Positions 60,001-64,000 of a stretch of DNA of 64,000 nucleotides are shown here, piece after piece. How positions within the stretch are numbered: the stretch's first letter is position 1; each line of letters starts with the position of its first letter. The stretch is from the NCBI GenBank assembly GCA_964188305.1, contig OZ076896.1; one strand, given 5' to 3'. The DNA comes from Podarcis bocagei (Eukaryota). Below the pieces are notes generated by a model. It saw nothing but the letters and a program-made list of their open reading frames with translations. It searched no databases and had not been told where the DNA came from. Both the position numbers and the translations under genes were made by a program.

Positions 60001-63000
60001 GTTGAAACGGATAAATAGGGAATGCAAGAGTTTGGTTTCCCCCCCTTTTTTTCTTTGCTTTGCTTCATACTAGAATTAAAAGGCACCAAATGAGATTTAT
60101 ATGCCGGCAGTTCCAACTTCTCCATGCTTTGACCACACTGGCTCTTCTAACACTTTCATAAACTAATACTAACAATCAAATGACACAGTTCATAATCTGT
60201 GACACGGTTCTAATTAAGCTAGTGTGGGACAATGGTGAGAGTTTTGGAATAAGACTAGTGAGACCCAGGTTAGATCCAGCAATGAAGATTACTGGGTGAC
60301 CTTGATGAAGCGTTCTGGGTGACTTGGTGTAATCTGCTTCAAAGGGTTGTTTTGAAGATTAAATTAGATAGGAGCATGCCATATATTCTGGCTTCTCCTG
60401 CCCTCCCTCCATGGAGTTCATAAATATAATAAAACAAGCAAGCAGGCCCAAGCCTGTTTCCTCTGTCTGCTTCTTACATTCTTTCATACTCTCTAGTGAT
60501 TTTGGCCAAATCCTGGAAGTTGTTGGTTTACATCTAGTCTGTGAAGCTCTCCCGGTCAGAGTTTCCGACTGTGTCCACCTCTGAGGAAAACCTGTGTGGC
60601 TCATGCCAATTTTCCTCAGTTGTACTTGTCATGGGGATTACAAACAGTGACTCACAGACCTTTACCAGCTACTTATTTCTTCTTCTCCTCCTCCTTCCTT
60701 GATAATATATTCTCCATCTTATATCAAGACAATACCTTCACGCTCCCTCTTCCTGCCAGGCCCAAGAGCCCTGTTTGTGGGGAAGGCATTAGGAGAATGT
60801 GTTCCATAACCACTGCAGGGATTAAGTGGGAATCCTGCGTTTTAAGGCTGCCTATGTATTCTTCACATTTTTATTCTCTTCCCCCTTCCCTTGATTCCAT
60901 CTCCCAAGGAATGCTTACACAATGTCTTGGGCCAAAGCCAGCGTTTTATGATGTGTTTGTACAGTTCTTTGCATGGTGGGCTGCTGATCTGTGTCTGGCG
61001 TTCTAGACGGTGACACAATACATTGTAATAACAACGGTCAAGGTCTGGCCACTCGGCAGGTTGACTCCTGTATCCTCCATCAGCCTTGTAATTTTAAACA
61101 GTTGCCCGTGGCGAAGAACAACGGCCTCCAGGCAACGAGGCACAGGCGCTCTTGCTTTCTCCACCCTGCCACACGTTTCCCACCTGCATTTCTTTCTTGT
61201 TTCTCCCACTGTTCAGCCGGAAACACAATGCTTGGGTGGCTTCAAGAGAGGTTTGGACAAATTCATGGAGGATAAGGGCGATCAATGGCTGCTAGCCCCA
61301 ACGGTGATGCTTGGTCAGAGGCAGTACAGTGGTACCTCTGGTTATGAACTTAATTTGTTCCTGAGGTCTGTTCTTAACCTGAAACCATTCTTAACCTGAG
61401 GTACCACTTTAGCTAATGGAGCCTCCTGCTGCCACCACCATGTGATTTCTGTTCTCATCCTGAGGTAAAGTTCGTAACCCGAGGTACTACTTCTGGGTTA
61501 GCGGAGTCTGTAACCTGAAGTGTTCATAACCCGAGGTGTTTGTAAGCCGAGGTACCACTATAATGCGTCTGAGTACCAGTTGCTGGAAACCACAAGAGGA
61601 AAGAGTGCTCTTGCACTCAGATCTCGTTTTTGAGGGTTTCCCGTAGGCAGCTAAGTGGTCACTGTTAGAACAGGATGCTGGACTAAATAGGTCATTGGCC
61701 TGATCTTGTTGTGTTCTTAATGTCAAGAGAGGAAAAGAATGCTCTGGGATTAGATATGTGCAGATTTTATTTTTTTTTAAAAATCAATTTCGGTTTATAA
61801 TGTATATATTTTCTTACTGTTGATCTTATTCATACTTTTTTTTAATACTTATTTTAGCCTTGACCTTTATTAACTACCACATTTTTCGCCCCATAGGACG
61901 CACTGGCCCATAGGACGCACCTAGTTTTTTGGGGGAAAATAAAGGGAAAAAAATTATTCCCCCCCCCCCAGGTGCGGGGCTGGGGCGGGGGAAGCCCGAG
62001 CTTCCCCCGACCCCAGCCCCCAGAACAGGCTGCTATCCGCTAGCCGTGGGAGAGCCGCGTGACTTCGCACGGCTCTCCCACGGGTAGCGGAGCGCTGCGC
62101 GAAGCCCGAAGCTTGGGGCGTGCTGAGCTCAGCACGCCCCAAGCTTCTGGGTGCAGGCAAGCTCTCCACTAGCCATGGGAGAGCCGCGCGACTTCGCTGT
62201 GTCTCCCACGGCTAGCGGATAGGTTCCTGAAGCCTGCATTCGCCCCATAGGACGCACACACATTTCCCCTTCATTTTTGGAGGGGAAAAAGTGTGTCCGA
62301 TAGGGTGAAAAATACGGTATTTAATGGGTATTTTAAATGTTTTGTAAATTCTGGAAAAAGAAATGTTTTATGACCCATCCTGTTCTTCTGAATTGTTTTT
62401 TAGCTAATTTTAATATTGTATTTTTGTATTATTTTGACCAGCCCATAGTGAAGGGTGGATAAGAAATCCAATGAATAGTAGGAATAATATTTAGTAGAGC
62501 TGGTGATAGGCAATCATACCTCTGAAAATATATTCACTAAGCAGGAAATGTACTGTGATTGTCTTGTCAAGAGTGCAGGCCCATAGCTTCAGCTCTGCGT
62601 TCAGAAGGACTGAAGTGTCTCTAGTTAAAGGAACTCGGGTATCAGGACTCAGAATGACCCAGGATCAATTACTGAATGGACAATATCAGGCTAAATGGAC
62701 TTGGTCTAAGCCCACTTCACTTACGTCCATAAACATGCTTACATAGTCAGGGCTGCTAACTGAAAAACGTGTCTGAGGGTGAACTTCGACAGAATTTGAC
62801 AGCTTTTACCAGACACTAACAGACCCTGCTATCTTGTTTGATCTTTTGTTTAGTTTCTAGCTCTCATCATTGCAGAGGTATATTTAAAAACACGTAGGTG
62901 ATGTTTAAAAAGGCATTTCTGTTTGGGGTTTTGAGGATGTATGCCATCTGTGGCTGTATATGTTTGTTCCTTGCTCACAGCTGCTAGTCAGTTTTTCCTA

Positions 63001-63876
63001 ACTGTATACTCCTCTTCCCCATTACTGATCTGTGTTTTATCTTGCTACTACCCTTTGCTACAATAGCAAAATCCACAATAAATGAAGCATTGAATACAGT
63101 TGGACTGGACTTCCAATTAAACATGCATGGGATTGTGGCCTCTGTATGTATCCATCTCTATCAAATGTAAAATAAGCACATTTGCTGCTATGAGGTTAAA
63201 AAATGATTAAAATGCACTATTTGACTCCATCCAAAGAGGTTTTTGTGGCAAGATCTGTTTGTGTGGTGGGTGCTTTTAACTTGTTTTGTTTTGTTTCCTG
63301 CACAGCAACTCTCTTGAGCTCCTTGTACAACTGGGGAGCTCTCTCTCTGTGTGTGTTTTAGTGTTAGAAGCAGCTTCCAATAGGTTTAATATAAAAGTAC
63401 AGACTTTTTTTTTTACTTTCAATACAACTCCTCCCATCATGATTTAATTATTCTGTTAACATTTACCATTTCTTGTGGAGCTGTGTTCCTATTCTACATA
63501 TTACTGGAAAATGTTCTTTTCTCAAAGTACCGTCATTGCATTGTATCCTCATAATACTTAAAATTAAGATGGAAAACAATAAGTTCTGGTCTCATTTACC
63601 GAATGGAAATAGGGATATTCAAATCATATGCTTTCATTAACTTTGGTGGTGGTGGGGATAGTTAATTTGAGAAAGGAGCTTCATATGACTAAAGTTCTGC
63701 CAAATTACGCAGTTTTGTCTTGGCTGATTCCCCCCCCCCTGCTTTGTTTTCTTTAACTGCAGGTCAGAGATCTTTCCATTGCCTATTTTCTGGTGGGTTT
63801 AACTTACCTCTATGTTGGGATATTAATCTTTGCTGCCTTTCCATCTCCACCATTATCTAAAGAATGCATAGAACAG
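32911..63876 (+). CDS. SLC38A9: SLC38A9 lysosomal amino acid transporter / mTORC1 arginine sensor, 5' part of spliced CDS (11 coding exons; 3' end outside window)
   Basis: In-frame GT-AG exons encode [28 protein letters not shown] (Rag/Ragulator-binding N-tail), [15 protein letters not shown] (TM1), LAFFIHNC (TM6). Confidence 0.97.
33400..34040 (-). mobile_element. Rex1/Babar-like LINE 3' end, split by a Sauria SINE
   Basis: ORF 33903..34103 has [26 protein letters not shown], a typical Rex-Babar ORF C-terminus; AATAAA at the 3' end near 33408. Confidence 0.72.
33523..33857 (-). mobile_element. Sauria SINE (slightly 5'-truncated)
   Basis: Homologous to 21429-21793; (ACCTTT) tail; CTGATA flanking duplication. 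Confidence 0.88.
34341..34655. mobile_element. TcMar MITE, family A
   Basis: Same TIRs, TA flanks, TTAGCGG repeats. Confidence 0.88.
36155..36408 (+). mobile_element. Squam3-like SINE
   Basis: Closely similar to 12732-13023; short CTT tail. Confidence 0.85.
36425..36900 (+). mobile_element. Degraded L2 fragment
   Basis: ttggattactgcaatg...gggctgccc...gtgcagaatg (LDYCN..GLP..VQN remnant). Confidence 0.6.
37025..37157 (+). CDS. SLC38A9: SLC38A9 exon
   Basis: 133 nt; [44 protein letters not shown]. Confidence 0.96.
38015..38136 (+). CDS. SLC38A9: SLC38A9 exon
   Basis: 122 nt; [40 protein letters not shown]. Confidence 0.96.
38270..38333 (+). CDS. SLC38A9: SLC38A9 exon (TM1)
   Basis: 64 nt; [21 protein letters not shown]. 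Confidence 0.96.
38447..38540 (+). CDS. SLC38A9: SLC38A9 exon (TM2)
   Basis: 94 nt; [31 protein letters not shown]. Confidence 0.96.
38995..39560 (+). mobile_element. L2 LINE 3' end
   Basis: Closely matches the reverse complement of 6810-7400; TTTA tail. Confidence 0.85.
40953..41123 (+). CDS. SLC38A9: SLC38A9 exon (TM3)
   Basis: 171 nt; [56 protein letters not shown]. Confidence 0.96.
43077..43527. mobile_element. TcMar (Tc2-like) MITE, family C
   Basis: TA-CCGTATTTTTCGCTCTATA...TATAGAGCGAAAAACATGG-TA; GC-rich core. Confidence 0.82.
44103..44162 (+). CDS. SLC38A9: SLC38A9 exon (luminal glycosylated loop)
   Basis: 60 nt; [19 protein letters not shown] with NVT and NGS sequons. Confidence 0.93.
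45400..45552. mobile_element. hAT MITE (same family as 31848)
   Basis: TIR CAGTGGCGTAGCGTGG; perfect TSD CGGGGGTG. Confidence 0.9.
45571..46072. mobile_element. hAT-like MITE hosting a nested hAT MITE
   Basis: TIR CAGT(G/A)GCATGC; TSD gcttaatg/gtttaatg. Confidence 0.65.
45631..45883. mobile_element. hAT-Charlie-like MITE
   Basis: CAGGGGTCAGCAAACT...AGTTTGCCTACCCATG; TSD aattagag/aatcagag; second copy at 54747. Confidence 0.82.
46529..46723 (+). CDS. SLC38A9: SLC38A9 exon (loop and TM4)
   Basis: 195 nt; [15 protein letters not shown]...[32 protein letters not shown]. Confidence 0.95.
47726..47833 (+). CDS. SLC38A9: SLC38A9 exon (TM5)
   Basis: 108 nt; [35 protein letters not shown]. Confidence 0.96.
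48359..48895. mobile_element. TcMar MITE, family C
   Basis: CCGTATTTTTCGCTCCATAAGA TIR, TA flanks. Confidence 0.82.
50096..50337. mobile_element. TcMar MITE, family B
   Basis: Closely similar to 24252-24493; TA flanks. Confidence 0.85.
50630..50965 (+). mobile_element. tRNA-derived SINE (Squam2-like) interrupted by a hAT MITE at 50768-50903
   Basis: tRNA-like head (gggctatagctcagtg); MITE TIR CAGGCTTCCTCAAC with TSD GTGTAGAC. Confidence 0.7.
54747..54994. mobile_element. hAT-Charlie-like MITE
   Basis: Copy of 45631-45883. Confidence 0.8.
57060..57087. repeat. (CA)n microsatellite
   Basis: Direct reading. Confidence 0.95.
57353..57594. mobile_element. Older TcMar-like MITE
   Basis: TA-CAG...CTG-TA ends; internal ttccgg motifs as in Tigger-like MITEs. 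Confidence 0.5.
57897..58003 (+). CDS. SLC38A9: SLC38A9 exon (TM6)
   Basis: 107 nt; [35 protein letters not shown]. Confidence 0.96.
61230..61725 (+). mobile_element. CR1-like 3' end split by a TcMar family B MITE (61327-61560)
   Basis: ggcttcaagagaggtttggacaaattcatggagg is a typical CR1 ORF2 end; the 3' UTR resumes after the MITE. Confidence 0.65.
61877..62317. mobile_element. TcMar MITE, family C
   Basis: TIR TTTTTCGCCCCATAGGAC / AAAAATACGG, TA flanks. Confidence 0.8.
63763..63876 (+). CDS. SLC38A9: SLC38A9 exon (TM7)
   Basis: 114 nt; [38 protein letters not shown]. Confidence 0.96.
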
Positions 63877-64000
63877 GTAAGGAGGAACTTTATTGTATAC
63901 TGACAGTATTGTAAGGTGCATAGAATGGATATTGCTGTTTTCCTTGTTCTTTTTAGTTCCCTCACTCTTTTCAGTTGATTCCAATCTCCCTAGCATAAAC

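Overview
Vertebrate (squamate, most likely lacertid lizard, judging by Sauria/Squam-type SINEs) genomic DNA. It carries two divergently transcribed multi-exon genes, both truncated by the window edges. DDX4/vasa (germline DEAD-box helicase) is on the minus strand: CpG-island promoter ~19.9-20.6 kb, 16 coding exons traced from ATG 19547 down to position 4, reading frame continuous. SLC38A9 (lysosomal arginine sensor/transporter upstream of mTORC1) is on the plus strand: promoter ~29.6-30.0 kb, 11 coding exons traced from ATG 32911 to 63876. The ~9 kb between the promoters holds two inverted copies of one LTR-like element (one interrupted by a Sauria SINE with a 15-bp TSD), a full-length disabled RPS14 retrocopy with its 5'TOP, and a possible L1 5' end. 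Introns are dense in SINEs, L2/CR1/Rex LINE fragments, and TcMar and hAT MITEs. Most ORF-track entries are spurious. I found no clearly new biological system; the best leads are the intergenic architecture, the DDX4 symmetric-exon IDR and promoter motifs, and SLC38A9 5' features.
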